Shown here: positions 48,615 to 59,814 of the stretch, piece by piece
How the letters are laid out: the number at the start of each line of letters is the position of its first letter
Numbering within the stretch: position 1 is the first letter of the stretch
Assembly: GCA_900547225.1 (NCBI GenBank)
Contig: URFW01000003.1
Location: forward strand, 13,054-77,053
Direction: 5' to 3'
DNA length: 64,000 nucleotides
Source of the DNA: an uncultured Mycoplasmatota bacterium
GTDB lineage: Bacteria > Bacillota_I > Bacilli_A > RF39 > UBA660
Translations under genes and position numbers: made by a program
Notes under the pieces: model-generated
Databases searched by the model: none
What the model saw: the letters and a program-made list of their open reading frames with translations, nothing else
Told to the model about the DNA's origin: nothing

Positions 48615-49721
48615 ATGAGCAGTAAGTACGAAGATGAACTAGGTCTTATCGTAATGGATAATTGTAAGGAACTTGGCAATAAAATAGACCAAAATATTAT
48701 GCAAAGAAGGAGTAAAAAGGATAGTTTTATAATACCTACAAACTTAGTTAGGTTTAATAATGGTGAAGGTAAAGCAGTTATAGAAGATTCTGTAAGAGAT
48801 AAGGATTTATACATTATATCTGATATAGGGAATCATAGCATGACATACAAAATGTATGGGTACATAAATCATATGGGCCCTGATGAACATTTTATGGACA
48901 TTAAAAGGGTTATATCTGCAGTTAGAGGACAAGCAGATAGGGTAACTGTTGTTATGCCACTTTTATATGAATCAAGGCAACATAGAAGAAAGGGAAGAGA
49001 ATCACTTGATTGTGCACTTGCACTTCAAGAATTACAAAATTTAGGAGTAAGTACAATAGTTACTTTTGATGTTCATGATCCAAATATTCAAAATGCCGTA
49101 CCAACTAGTATGTCATTCGAAAATTTTTATCCAACAAATACCATTTTAAAGGAGTTTATAAAAAATGAAGAGTTTGATCCAGAAACAGTAAAATTTATAA
49201 GTCCGGATACAGGAGCGATGGATAGAGCTAAATATTATGCTAATATGTTCCAGGCGGATGTTGGTATGTTTCACAAAAGAAGGGATTATAGCAAAATAGT
49301 AGATGGTAAAAACCCAATAGTTGCGCATAACTATTTAGGAGGTAATTTAGAAGGTGAAACAGCGATAGTGGTAGATGATATGATTGCATCTGGTACATCT
49401 ATGTTGGAAGTTGCAGTGGATTTAAAGAAAAGAGGGGCTAGAAAGGTGTTTTTAATATCAACTTTTTCTATGTTTACTAATGGGCTTGAATGCTTTAACA
49501 AAGCTTTTGAAGAAGGCTTATTTGAAAAACTTTATTCTACTAATTTGACATACGTAGATAAAGATGCTCTAACAAAACCTTGGTATGAACAGATAGATTG
49601 TTCTAATTACGCATCAGATATAATTAATACTTTAAATACAAGTGGTTCTATTTCAGAACTTAAAAATGGTAAACAAAAAATACTTACTATGTTAGAGAAT
49701 AAGAAAAATGGAGAATTATAA
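48615..49721 (+). CDS. ribose-phosphate pyrophosphokinase family protein (atypical long paralog)
   Basis: PRPP-binding loop VVDDMIASGTS and divalent-cation site FDVHDPNIQN (compare DLHADQIQGFF in Prs), but 368 aa with a non-canonical N-terminus. Confidence 0.7.
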   Translation: MSSKYEDELGLIVMDNCKELGNKIDQNIMQRRSKKDSFIIPTNLVRFNNGEGKAVIEDSVRDKDLYIISDIGNHSMTYKMYGYINHMGPDEHFMDIKRVISAVRGQADRVTVVMPLLYESRQHRRKGRESLDCALALQELQNLGVSTIVTFDVHDPNIQNAVPTSMSFENFYPTNTILKEFIKNEEFDPETVKFISPDTGAMDRAKYYANMFQADVGMFHKRRDYSKIVDGKNPIVAHNYLGGNLEGETAIVVDDMIASGTSMLEVAVDLKKRGARKVFLISTFSMFTNGLECFNKAFEEGLFEKLYSTNLTYVDKDALTKPWYEQIDCSNYASDIINTLNTSGSISELKNGKQKILTMLENKKNGEL

Positions 49722-49770
49722 TTTAAATTCTTCATTTTTTGTAGTATAATTAAGTGGTAGGAGGGATATT

Positions 49771-50385
49771 ATGACATTATTTTTATTAATTTTAATTGCA
49801 GTAATGACATTAGTTACTATGGTATGCTCAATAATTGTTACCATCATAGAAGTAAAAGATAAAAAGGCTCAAGATCTTGTAAAAAAAGCACTTGGAATAA
49901 CTAGTATTGTACTTTTAGTAGCTTTGGTTATAGGTGCTTCTGTTGGAGTTTCACATATGGATAAGACGAAAAGTAACAATAAAACAACTACTACCGAATC
50001 ATCATCAGATTCTAGTCAAACCGCTTTAGAACAAGCAGGATTTAACAAGGTTAGTATTGATGAATATTTAAATCTAATTAAGAGTAGTGATAAGCAAATT
50101 ATCTTAATTGCAAGACCTACTTGTGGATATTGTGAAAAATTTACCCCAATATTAAAACAAGCTATGGAAGATATGAATTTAACTATTAACTATGTTAATA
50201 CTGATAATTTCTCTAGTGATGATTGGTCTAAATTTCAAAATTCATTTGATTATTTAGCGTCTAATGAATGGGGTACACCACTTACTTTAATAGTACAAAA
50301 TGGTGAAATTGTGGATAAAAACAATGGTTATGTTGAATTAGATGCAATTAAAGAATTTTTTACTAAAAATGGTTTAGGTAAATAA
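49771..50385 (+). CDS. membrane-anchored thioredoxin-fold protein
   Basis: N-terminal TM. Thioredoxin domain with active site CGYC (ARPTCGYCEKF). Confidence 0.7.
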   Translation: MTLFLLILIAVMTLVTMVCSIIVTIIEVKDKKAQDLVKKALGITSIVLLVALVIGASVGVSHMDKTKSNNKTTTTESSSDSSQTALEQAGFNKVSIDEYLNLIKSSDKQIILIARPTCGYCEKFTPILKQAMEDMNLTINYVNTDNFSSDDWSKFQNSFDYLASNEWGTPLTLIVQNGEIVDKNNGYVELDAIKEFFTKNGLGK

Positions 50386-50387
50386 TT

Positions 50388-50828
50388 ATGAAACAAGAAG
50401 TTTATGAAAGTTGCAGAAATTTTATAAAAAAATATCCTAGAACAGTTGCTTTTAGAATAAAAAAACATTCATCTGTTGTAGAACAACATATAAATGATGA
50501 TGAAGTTGTTTTGTATAGTTTTGTAGGTCAAAAAAACTCTAATTTATTGCAACCATTTTTTACAACAGTAGTGGTTTTTACTAATAAAAGAATGCTGCTT
50601 GGTCAAAAAAAATATTTGGGAAGATATTATTATACTTCTATAACACCTGATATGTTAAATGATTTTGAACTTAAAACCAGTTTGTTTTTTGGTTCTGTAG
50701 AAATAGACACGGTGAAGGAACATTTTTTTATAAATTGCTTAGATAAAAGATCACTTCCATCAATTGAAGATGCTTTATCTAAATATATGGTTAATGAAAA
50801 GTTGAAATATTTAAAAAAGAACTTATAA
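50388..50828 (+). CDS. hypothetical protein (bacterial PH-domain-like)
   Basis: 146-aa ORF 2 nt after the previous stop. Weak resemblance to YdbT/bPH_2-type small proteins. Confidence 0.4.
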   Translation: MKQEVYESCRNFIKKYPRTVAFRIKKHSSVVEQHINDDEVVLYSFVGQKNSNLLQPFFTTVVVFTNKRMLLGQKKYLGRYYYTSITPDMLNDFELKTSLFFGSVEIDTVKEHFFINCLDKRSLPSIEDALSKYMVNEKLKYLKKNL

Positions 50829-50889
50829 GAAGTTCTTTTAATTTACAAAAATTTAGTTATAATATATAATTAATGTGAGGTGGTTAAAC

Positions 50890-51324
50890 GTGATACGAAA
50901 AAGAAAACAAGAAGAGGAATTTTTAGAAAAAAGTAATAGAGCCTTAAAAATATTAAGTGTCATAACAGGGCTAATCTTGACATTATTTTATTGCATTAAT
51001 GGTGGTTTTTATTCTTTATTATTTGATCTTAAAGAATCTAAAACCGTAATTGTCTATGCTGTGGTTATAATATTGCTTTTGGTGTTATTAATATTATGCA
51101 ATATGACTGACGAATCTGAGAATTTAACTGAAAAACAAAAGGATAAAAATAGTTATATTACTGTTGGTATCATTATTTTGATATTATTCTTTGCAATATT
51201 ATTGATATTTACTTTGATTGATTTTTTCTTGCCATTAATAGTTTTATCTATAATTTTAATAGTAGCTTATTTTCTAGTTACTAAATTAATTAAATTTTTA
51301 GTAAAAAAGTATGGTGTTAAATAA
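50890..51324 (+). CDS. hypothetical membrane protein (3-4 TM)
   Basis: Start placed at GTG 50890, which is 6 nt after GAGGTGG. The six-frame ORF begins at 50875. Confidence 0.45.
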   Translation: MIRKRKQEEEFLEKSNRALKILSVITGLILTLFYCINGGFYSLLFDLKESKTVIVYAVVIILLLVLLILCNMTDESENLTEKQKDKNSYITVGIIILILFFAILLIFTLIDFFLPLIVLSIILIVAYFLVTKLIKFLVKKYGVK

Positions 51325-51936
51325 ACTTATAAAGATTATAGAAAAATAGAGAAAATCGCAGAACTGTTTAGAGTTGAGGAACAATTAGTAAGGTGCAGAA
51401 TAAATGAAGAGATAAGAAGTGAAAATAATAAAAAAGAAATATATATAGATGAATCAACTGTAAAACCAAAACCTGATGTGAAAATTAAAAAATAAATTAA
51501 TTTAAGAAAAGAATAATATAATTAGATTATAAATTTTTTCTATCTAGAGGGGATTAAATTGCTAAAAATATAAAAAATACAAAAAGAAAATTAAATTATT
51601 TTAGTAATTTTTTCTTTTTTTGTATAAAAATAAAAACTTACGAACTTTTAAGTCCGTAAGTTGATTTCAAATGGAGCCCTTATGGTTCTGGTAAAACAAC
51701 CATTAAAAGCAACAATTTATAGGTAGTAATAACTACTAACTAAAATTAGTATAACATGGTTTTAGTAAAATTAACCAACATTTTAATATTTTAAGTAAAT
51801 AAAATGATATAATAGGAACTGAAAGACAAATAGTAATTTGTATAAGAAATTATATTAGTAAATGAAATAAATTTAATAAAAAATTAATTGTTTTTGTATA
51901 TATATATGTTATAATATGCTAAAGGAGAATTTATAA

Positions 51937-52890
51937 ATGAGAGGTTGTAATAAAAAGAAAAAAGCAAAGTATATAGTAATAGTTTTTTTTGCAATAATAA
52001 TACTTGGAAGATTTTTTATACCTTGGGCGATTGAACCAGAAAATTTTAGAGATACAAAAAATAAAATAAATAGTTTTATAAACAGATATACTATACCAGA
52101 TTCATATAATGCAAAATCATTGATAGCGGTTGATCTTTCAAATAATAACGATTTTGTTTCTAAAAGAGCAAATGAACAACAAACTCCTGCAAGTTTAGCT
52201 AAATTATTTGTTATTGACTATGCAACAACACTCGTTGATTTAGATGATGTAGTTTTGGCAAAAAATGAAGCAATTTCATTAACAAAACAAGGTTCATCTG
52301 TTGCAAACATTAAAGAAAAGAAATATTATGTTAAAAATTTATTTGCTGCAATGTTAGTACCATCAGGGAATGATGCAGCCTATGTATTAGCTGATTATTG
52401 TGGAGGCATTATATCTCCTAAAGCTACTACTAGCAAAGAGCGAATAGAAGTCTTTATGAAAAACTTGAATGAATATTTAAAACAAAATGATTATAAGGAT
52501 ACTATTTTATATGATCCAAGTGGATTTGATACAGAAGCCCATACAACTGTATTAGACTTAAAAGAAGTTGTAATGGATTTATTAAAGAATGAATGGTTTA
52601 AGGATATAGTTTCTCAAACTTCATATACAGCAACTTTACCAGATGGTAGCATGCAGACTTGGAAAAATACAAATACATTCCTTGATCCTACATCAGAATA
52701 TTATAACAAAAATGTAATTGGTGTAAAAACAGGTTCTTTATCTGATGATTTTAATTTAGTAGTATTATATAAAAAGCATGGAAAAGAATTTTTGATATGT
52801 AGTTTAGGTTCACAATCTAATTATTCACGATATGATGATGTTAATTATGTTTTAAAAACAATAGATGAATCAGATTATTTGAAAAAGTAA
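51937..52890 (+). CDS. D-alanyl-D-alanine carboxypeptidase (peptidase S11 / PBP5-like, low molecular weight)
   Basis: SxxK (PASLAKLF), SGN (PSGNDAA) and KTG (VKTGSL) active-site triad. Signal-anchor present. Confidence 0.8.
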   Translation: MRGCNKKKKAKYIVIVFFAIIILGRFFIPWAIEPENFRDTKNKINSFINRYTIPDSYNAKSLIAVDLSNNNDFVSKRANEQQTPASLAKLFVIDYATTLVDLDDVVLAKNEAISLTKQGSSVANIKEKKYYVKNLFAAMLVPSGNDAAYVLADYCGGIISPKATTSKERIEVFMKNLNEYLKQNDYKDTILYDPSGFDTEAHTTVLDLKEVVMDLLKNEWFKDIVSQTSYTATLPDGSMQTWKNTNTFLDPTSEYYNKNVIGVKTGSLSDDFNLVVLYKKHGKEFLICSLGSQSNYSRYDDVNYVLKTIDESDYLKK

Positions 52891-52905
52891 GTTAAAATAA
52901 AGGAG

Positions 52906-53526
52906 ATGATTATTATAGAAGTGATATATAGCATTTTATGTGCTGTTTTACCGTGTACTATTTACTTTACAGCAAGAAAAAGGAAAGGGTATCATTTATC
53001 AATTTTAGCAATGCTAATTTTCGTTTTATATCTTTGGAAAGTATATGATTTAACTGGTGCAGGAGGTTTAACAAATATATTTTATGCACCAAAAGGTGGA
53101 GATAATACATCAATTATTCAAGCTAATATTAATCTCATCCCTTTTAACATCATAGAGAAAACTTTTTACTTAAATATTTTAATGCTTGTTCCTTTTGGAT
53201 TTTTAGTTCCTTTTATTTGGAAGAACTATCGTAAATTTTATAAAACATTATTTTTAGGGGCAGGTTTTTCATTAATGATAGAAATATCTCAATTAATCAC
53301 GAACCGTACAACTGATGTCAATGATTTAATTGCTAATACAATGGGTGCATTAATCGGATATATTATTTGGCAAATAGTTTCATTATGTTTTGGAGAGCAT
53401 TTAAAAAAGCCTGTAAAAGGTAAGAGTGATGTAATATGGTATATACTTTTAAGCTTTTTGGGTATGTTTTTCTTATATTATCCTTTTTGGTTTGCTTGGA
53501 ATATTGAACCGCTTATTTTTCAATAA
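52906..53526 (+). CDS. VanZ-family membrane protein
   Basis: The VanZ-like core (NLIPFN...MLVPFGFL...LMIEISQL...DVNDLIANTMGALIGY), about 5 TM. Confidence 0.75.
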   Translation: MIIIEVIYSILCAVLPCTIYFTARKRKGYHLSILAMLIFVLYLWKVYDLTGAGGLTNIFYAPKGGDNTSIIQANINLIPFNIIEKTFYLNILMLVPFGFLVPFIWKNYRKFYKTLFLGAGFSLMIEISQLITNRTTDVNDLIANTMGALIGYIIWQIVSLCFGEHLKKPVKGKSDVIWYILLSFLGMFFLYYPFWFAWNIEPLIFQ

Positions 53527-53565
53527 AATAAATTTTCAAAACATATAAATTACAATTTATCGTTG

Positions 53566-53595
53566 AGATCAACTTTAATAGTTGATCTTTTTTAC
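53566..53595 (+). terminator. rho-independent terminator after vanZ-like gene (AGATCAACT-ttaat-AGTTGATCT plus T-run)
   Basis: Read directly from the sequence. Confidence 0.6.
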
Positions 53596-53856
53596 TTTTT
53601 ATAAATAGGATGATTTCATATATAAATATTAGTATATGTGAAAAAGCAGGATAAGAAACTTGTGCAACTATACTAAACTTTTCCTTATTTCATAAGGGTT
53701 TAGTGTTACACAATACTGATTTCGTACTTACGAAATTCAACCTACGAGGTAGGTTGATATTAGGTTGATATGAAAGTTAAACCTTATAAAATAAAGCATT
53801 TAATATTTATTAAATCATCCTACTTGATTATTTTTTGTAAAATTTATAGGATGATT

Positions 53857-55763
<1,907 letters not shown>

Positions 55764-55904
55764 ATATCTTTAACTTCCTATAAAATTCAATATAATATTT
55801 TGTTTGCTTTTTCATGTAGTACCTCACTTTCTAATAAAAGACTAGATACTGCTTCCTTTATTGGTTTTATATTGTATCATTTATTTTTAGTTTGTCAAAC
55901 CATA

Positions 55905-56174
55905 TTAGTTCATTTTTAAGTATTGTTCTAAATCTTTAAACTTAATTTTGTTATTATAACCGTTTATAAAGACATTTTCACTATCTTCAAATATTAAGTA
56001 GTCATTGCCTTTAACTTTCAAAATATGGGGTTTTACATAGGCTATATTAGTATTTTTAAGATTTATAATATATCCATTAGTAAAGGAATATTCCACATAA
56101 GCAAACTTACATATCATTTCAATCTTTCTTTTTAATTCTTCACTTATTACAAGTTTTTTAGTTTCTATTGTCAT
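55905..56174 (-). CDS. hypothetical small protein between recombinase and tRNAs
   Basis: 89-aa ORF with no motif. Confidence 0.4.
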   Translation of the reverse strand: MTIETKKLVISEELKRKIEMICKFAYVEYSFTNGYIINLKNTNIAYVKPHILKVKGNDYLIFEDSENVFINGYNNKIKFKDLEQYLKMN

Positions 56175-56270
56175 AACTCATCACTTTCCTTTCTTAAATA
56201 ACAAAAAAACTAACTATTTCTAGTTAGCATTTATTACTTAAACTCGAAAAGTTCGAGTTTCCTATCAATC

Positions 56271-56345
56271 TGGAGCAAGTGAGGAGAATCGAACTCCCGT
56301 CTCAGCCTTGGCAAGGCCGCGTACTAGCCGTTGTACTACACCTGC
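56271..56345 (-). tRNA. tRNA-Gly (anticodon GCC)
   Basis: Reverse-complement folds as acceptor GCAGGTG/CACTTGC, D-arm GTAC-AACGGCTA-GTAC, anticodon stem CGGCC/GGCTG with loop TTGCCAA, T-arm GGGAG-TTCGATT-CTCCT, and 3' TCCA. Confidence 0.85.
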
Positions 56346-56353
56346 AAATAAAT

Positions 56354-56428
56354 TGGAGGGGCCAGCCGGATTTGAACCGGCGATCGTGGAGTTGCAGTCC
56401 AATGCCTTACCAGCTTGGCTATAGCCCC
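56354..56428 (-). tRNA. tRNA-Cys (anticodon GCA)
   Basis: Reverse-complement: acceptor GGGGCTA/TGGCCCC, anticodon loop CTGCAAC, T-arm GCCGG-TTCAAAT-CCGGC, and 3' TCCA. Confidence 0.8.
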
Positions 56429-56588
56429 ATTTCTTTTCGTGCAACCAAATTATAACATATAATACCAGTAAATAGCAATAGTAATTTTTTATATTTTATG
56501 CAAAAAAATATAACAAGTTGCTATTTTTTCTAATAAAAAATTCATATTTTGTAAATAATATTACTAATAATGAGCCTATATAATCAAT

Positions 56589-56606
56589 TTAACCTTGCAA
56601 GGTTAA
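56589..56606. promoter_or_regulatory. perfect 18-bp palindrome TTAACCTTGCAAGGTTAA upstream of the first small HTH gene (candidate operator that includes a -35-like TTGCAA)
   Basis: Read directly from the sequence. A near-identical copy lies at 56951-56968. Confidence 0.6.
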
Positions 56607-56652
56607 TAGTTTTTGGCCTATTAAAGATAAAATTGTAATAGGTGGTACAATT

Positions 56653-56907
56653 ATGAAAAAAAGAAAGGTAATAGAAGCTATTGCAGAGAAAATTAATAAT
56701 ATAGTAAATGAAAGTAACGGAAAACTTACGGTAAATAAGATAGCATCTAAAAGTTGTCTTACCCAAAGTACTGTTCAACATATAATGGATAAAAGTTACA
56801 AGGATGTTAAACTATTAACCATTGTAAGATTATGTGATGGATTGGGACTTACTTTAAAAGAATTTTTCTCTGATGAACTTTTTGATAATATAGATAGAGA
56901 TGACTAA
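56653..56907 (+). CDS. small HTH DNA-binding protein
   Basis: 84-aa ORF with RBS AGGTGGTACAATT-ATG. Central LTVNKIASKSCLTQSTVQHI HTH-like segment. Confidence 0.55.
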   Translation: MKKRKVIEAIAEKINNIVNESNGKLTVNKIASKSCLTQSTVQHIMDKSYKDVKLLTIVRLCDGLGLTLKEFFSDELFDNIDRDD

Positions 56908-56950
56908 GTTAAAAGACTTAGTTTTTTTTTATTAGAAGAATATGATATAA

Positions 56951-56968
56951 TTAACCTTGTAAGGTTAA
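56951..56968. promoter_or_regulatory. second copy of the palindromic operator (TTAACCTTGTAAGGTTAA, 17/18 symmetric) upstream of the second HTH gene
   Basis: Read directly from the sequence. Confidence 0.6.
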
Positions 56969-56985
56969 CTTTTTGGAGGTAAGTT

Positions 56986-57207
56986 ATGTCAACAGAGTTT
57001 AAACTATATAACGTAAATGACGAAGATTTATATAGAAATAAGTCACCAAAGGAAAAATTTGAGATACGAAAACAAATGATTGTTATGGCAAAAGAAAGGG
57101 GAATTAAACCAACAGCTAGATATTTTAATACTTATCCTGCAACTGTTAGGAGAATAATTAGGTTATATAATGAAAAGGGAGAAGAAGGACTTATTACTAA
57201 AAGATAG
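56986..57207 (+). CDS. small HTH protein resembling the N-terminal HTH of IS630/Tc1-type transposases
   Basis: AKERGIKPTARYFNTYPATVRRIIRLYNEKGEEGL has the same pattern as transposase orfA HTH domains (…G-x-S…A…F-x-V-S…V-x-RW-x-x-RY-x-E-x-G…GL). RBS GGAGGTAAGTT-ATG. No transposase catalytic ORF follows. Confidence 0.55.
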   Translation: MSTEFKLYNVNDEDLYRNKSPKEKFEIRKQMIVMAKERGIKPTARYFNTYPATVRRIIRLYNEKGEEGLITKR

Positions 57208-57304
57208 TAAGTTTTTTTATTTGACATTCATTTTAAAAATGTGTAACTAAATATTTGAAAAATTCATAATAAATAATATAATAATATTATAGGAGATGAA
57301 ACTT

Positions 57305-58207
57305 ATGAAATATATTATAGATACAGATCCAGGGGTTGATGATGCAATTGCAATTATGTTAGGTATAAAAAATAAATTAGACGTAATAGCATTTACTTTA
57401 GCAAGTGGTAATATTCCAGCTTCTAAGTCGGAAAAAAACATAAAAATAATTCAAGAATTTTTAGGAACTAATATAAAAATGTATAGAGGCAAAAAAGAAA
57501 ATAAATGTAATCATGAAACAGCTGAGTATGCACATGGTAAGGATGGATTAGGATATGCTGTTTTTACTGATTCTATGATAAGGGGCAAGTTTTCTAAAAT
57601 GAAAGCTGAAGATTTGATAATCAAAGCATCTAAAAAGTATAAAGATGATTTAACGATTATTTGTCTTGGACCTTTAACAAACATAGCAAATGCCTTAAAA
57701 AAAGATCCTAAATTAGCTTATAGAGTAAAACACTTAGTTATAATGGGAACGACTTATGATCCAGAAGTTAAAAAGCCATACTTAGAATTTAATGTTAACG
57801 TGGATCCAGAGGCTGCAAAAAGTGTTTTAAAGGCACCTTTTGATGATATAAAACTAGTTACTCATGAGATAGGAGTTAAGTCATTTATAGAAAAAGACTA
57901 TGTTTTAAATTTACGTAATTCCGATAATCTTTTATCAAGATTTGTTGGTTTGATATCGGAAAAATACATAGAATTTAGTTATGAACATTATGAAACTATA
58001 GGTCTTGGTACACCTGACCCTACAACGATAGCTAGCGTAATAGATCCAAGTATTGTTACGTTTAAGCCTTGTAATGTAAAAATTATATCTAATGGAAATG
58101 GAAAAGGAGAGTGCTTTATAACGCTTGCTGATAATAGTAACGTTAAGGTATCAACCGATTTTGATTTAGAAAAATTTAGAAAACTATTTAAAGAAACATT
58201 TAACTAA
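57305..58207 (+). CDS. inosine-uridine-preferring nucleoside hydrolase family protein
   Basis: N-terminal DTDPGVDDAIAI aspartate cluster, about 300 aa. Start taken at ATG 57305, which is 9 nt after AGGAG. Confidence 0.85.
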   Translation: MKYIIDTDPGVDDAIAIMLGIKNKLDVIAFTLASGNIPASKSEKNIKIIQEFLGTNIKMYRGKKENKCNHETAEYAHGKDGLGYAVFTDSMIRGKFSKMKAEDLIIKASKKYKDDLTIICLGPLTNIANALKKDPKLAYRVKHLVIMGTTYDPEVKKPYLEFNVNVDPEAAKSVLKAPFDDIKLVTHEIGVKSFIEKDYVLNLRNSDNLLSRFVGLISEKYIEFSYEHYETIGLGTPDPTTIASVIDPSIVTFKPCNVKIISNGNGKGECFITLADNSNVKVSTDFDLEKFRKLFKETFN

Positions 58208-58244
58208 GACATTTTTTAATGTCTTTTTAAATATACTTAATTAG

Positions 58245-58700
58245 GTGATTTTTTTGACTGATGAAAATATTTATTTAACCGCATATATAAAAGGTGATAT
58301 ATCTTCACCTAATTTAAATGGAATAGCATATTTTAAACCTTTTAAAGATGGGGTAATGGTAGAAGTAGAAGTGTCTAATCTTCCTGGATATAAATCATAT
58401 GAACTTTTTCCAATTCATATTCATGATGGTAAAAACTGTGACTTATCAAGTGATGGTACGTTTTTAAACGTAGGAAAGCATTATAATCCAACCAATACTA
58501 GTCATCCTTATCATGCTGGAGATATGCCTTTATTATTTTCTAATAGTGGTTATGCATATATGAAGTTTTATACAACCAGATTTAAAATTTATGATATAGA
58601 AGGCAAACTAGTTATAATTCATGAAGCTACAAGTGATAATAATGCTAAAACTTTTGGAAGAAAAATAGGGTGTGGAAAAATAGTTAGGCATCATATATAA
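58245..58700 (+). CDS. Cu/Zn superoxide dismutase-like protein without signal peptide
   Basis: Cu ligands HIH and IIHE, bridging-His and Zn-ligand region GKHYNP...SHPYHAGDMP. No N-terminal signal. The real start may be TTG 58254. Confidence 0.7.
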   Translation: MIFLTDENIYLTAYIKGDISSPNLNGIAYFKPFKDGVMVEVEVSNLPGYKSYELFPIHIHDGKNCDLSSDGTFLNVGKHYNPTNTSHPYHAGDMPLLFSNSGYAYMKFYTTRFKIYDIEGKLVIIHEATSDNNAKTFGRKIGCGKIVRHHI

Positions 58701-58707
58701 AAAAATA

Positions 58708-59814
58708 TCAATTTGTATTTGATATTTTCTTTTCTTTTAAACACTTTATAAAAATAATTGTTAAAATTATAAATATAGGAATAGCAATAAAAGGAACATA
58801 ATAATTTTTTATAATCATAATAGAGTGTGGGATGTTTCCGAATAATGTATTAGCACTTATAATTGATATTATACTTATTAAAATAATTAAAATATAGTTA
58901 GTTTTTTTAGAAATTTTAAAAGTTTTTAAATATGTATTAATTCCAAAAAAGGATGTGTAACAAAGAGCAAGTATATAAAATAACCATCTAAATGCTAGTA
59001 AGTTTTCTATGTGCAGTCCAGATGATGTTATTCCAATTTTTTTAAGTAAAATATATTCTGGATATCTAAATAAAGTAGCCATATTAAATCCAAAACACGA
59101 AACTACATAAAACATTACAACAAGTAAAGCTATTTGAGATATTAAATAGAAAATTAAAAATGTTTTATTAAATCTTTTTTTATCTATTATTTTATCTTTG
59201 TTAATTGTTAAAAGTAAAATAGATAATAAAGCTGAGGAACAAGCTTCATATATAGCGGCATCTATTATTTTAAATACATATTTTTTATTTATTATAATAG
59301 GTAGTATATTATCTATTTCTATATAATGAAAAAGTAGAACTTCTATTATAATTACTAAGATTAAACTTATTATAAATGAGATTTGTGATATTCTAGATAT
59401 TACTTCTATGCCCTTTAAGCTGATTATAAAAACGGTTATTAAAATAAGTATTCCAACAAAATAAAAAGGTGTGTTTTGTAGGTATTTACTTGTTACAAAT
59501 ATAACTGATGCTCTAATTGATACGATAAATAAAAACAAGTAAAATAAAAATATTAATGCATTAAATATATTTGCTATTGGTTTTTTAAAAAGTTTTTTAT
59601 TTTTTTCAAATATATTAAGATTTGTATGTGTATTATTTATTTTTAAATACATTAGTATGGGAATAAGTCCTATTATAGCACCAATTATAACTCCTATTAA
59701 AACGCCATTATTAGCTTTTCTAAGCAATATTACATCACTTAGACCTATATACATACTTAAACATATTAAAGTTAAAAGCATGCTTATTTGAGTACTTGAT
59801 ACTTTATTATTCAT
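58708..59814 (-). CDS. spore germination protein, GerAB/GerKB family (amino-acid-permease-like B subunit)
   Basis: 368 aa with about 10 TM. Third gene of the ger operon, overlapping the upstream gene by 8 nt. Confidence 0.8.
   Translation of the reverse strand: MNNKVSSTQISMLLTLICLSMYIGLSDVILLRKANNGVLIGVIIGAIIGLIPILMYLKINNTHTNLNIFEKNKKLFKKPIANIFNALIFLFYLFLFIVSIRASVIFVTSKYLQNTPFYFVGILILITVFIISLKGIEVISRISQISFIISLILVIIIEVLLFHYIEIDNILPIIINKKYVFKIIDAAIYEACSSALLSILLLTINKDKIIDKKRFNKTFLIFYLISQIALLVVMFYVVSCFGFNMATLFRYPEYILLKKIGITSSGLHIENLLAFRWLFYILALCYTSFFGINTYLKTFKISKKTNYILIILISIISIISANTLFGNIPHSIMIIKNYYVPFIAIPIFIILTIIFIKCLKEKKISNTN

Noticed and set aside
51340-51500. Small ORF ending at 51495 (…KKEIYIDESTVKPKPDVKIKK) in the leader of the carboxypeptidase gene
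   Set aside because: No convincing start codon with an SD. Lys/Glu-rich low-complexity translation expected from A-rich DNA.
58245-58700. Cu/Zn SOD-like gene as a pseudogene because it lacks a signal peptide
   Set aside because: All Cu and Zn ligand positions appear intact and the ORF is uninterrupted. A cytoplasmic or spore-associated form is plausible.
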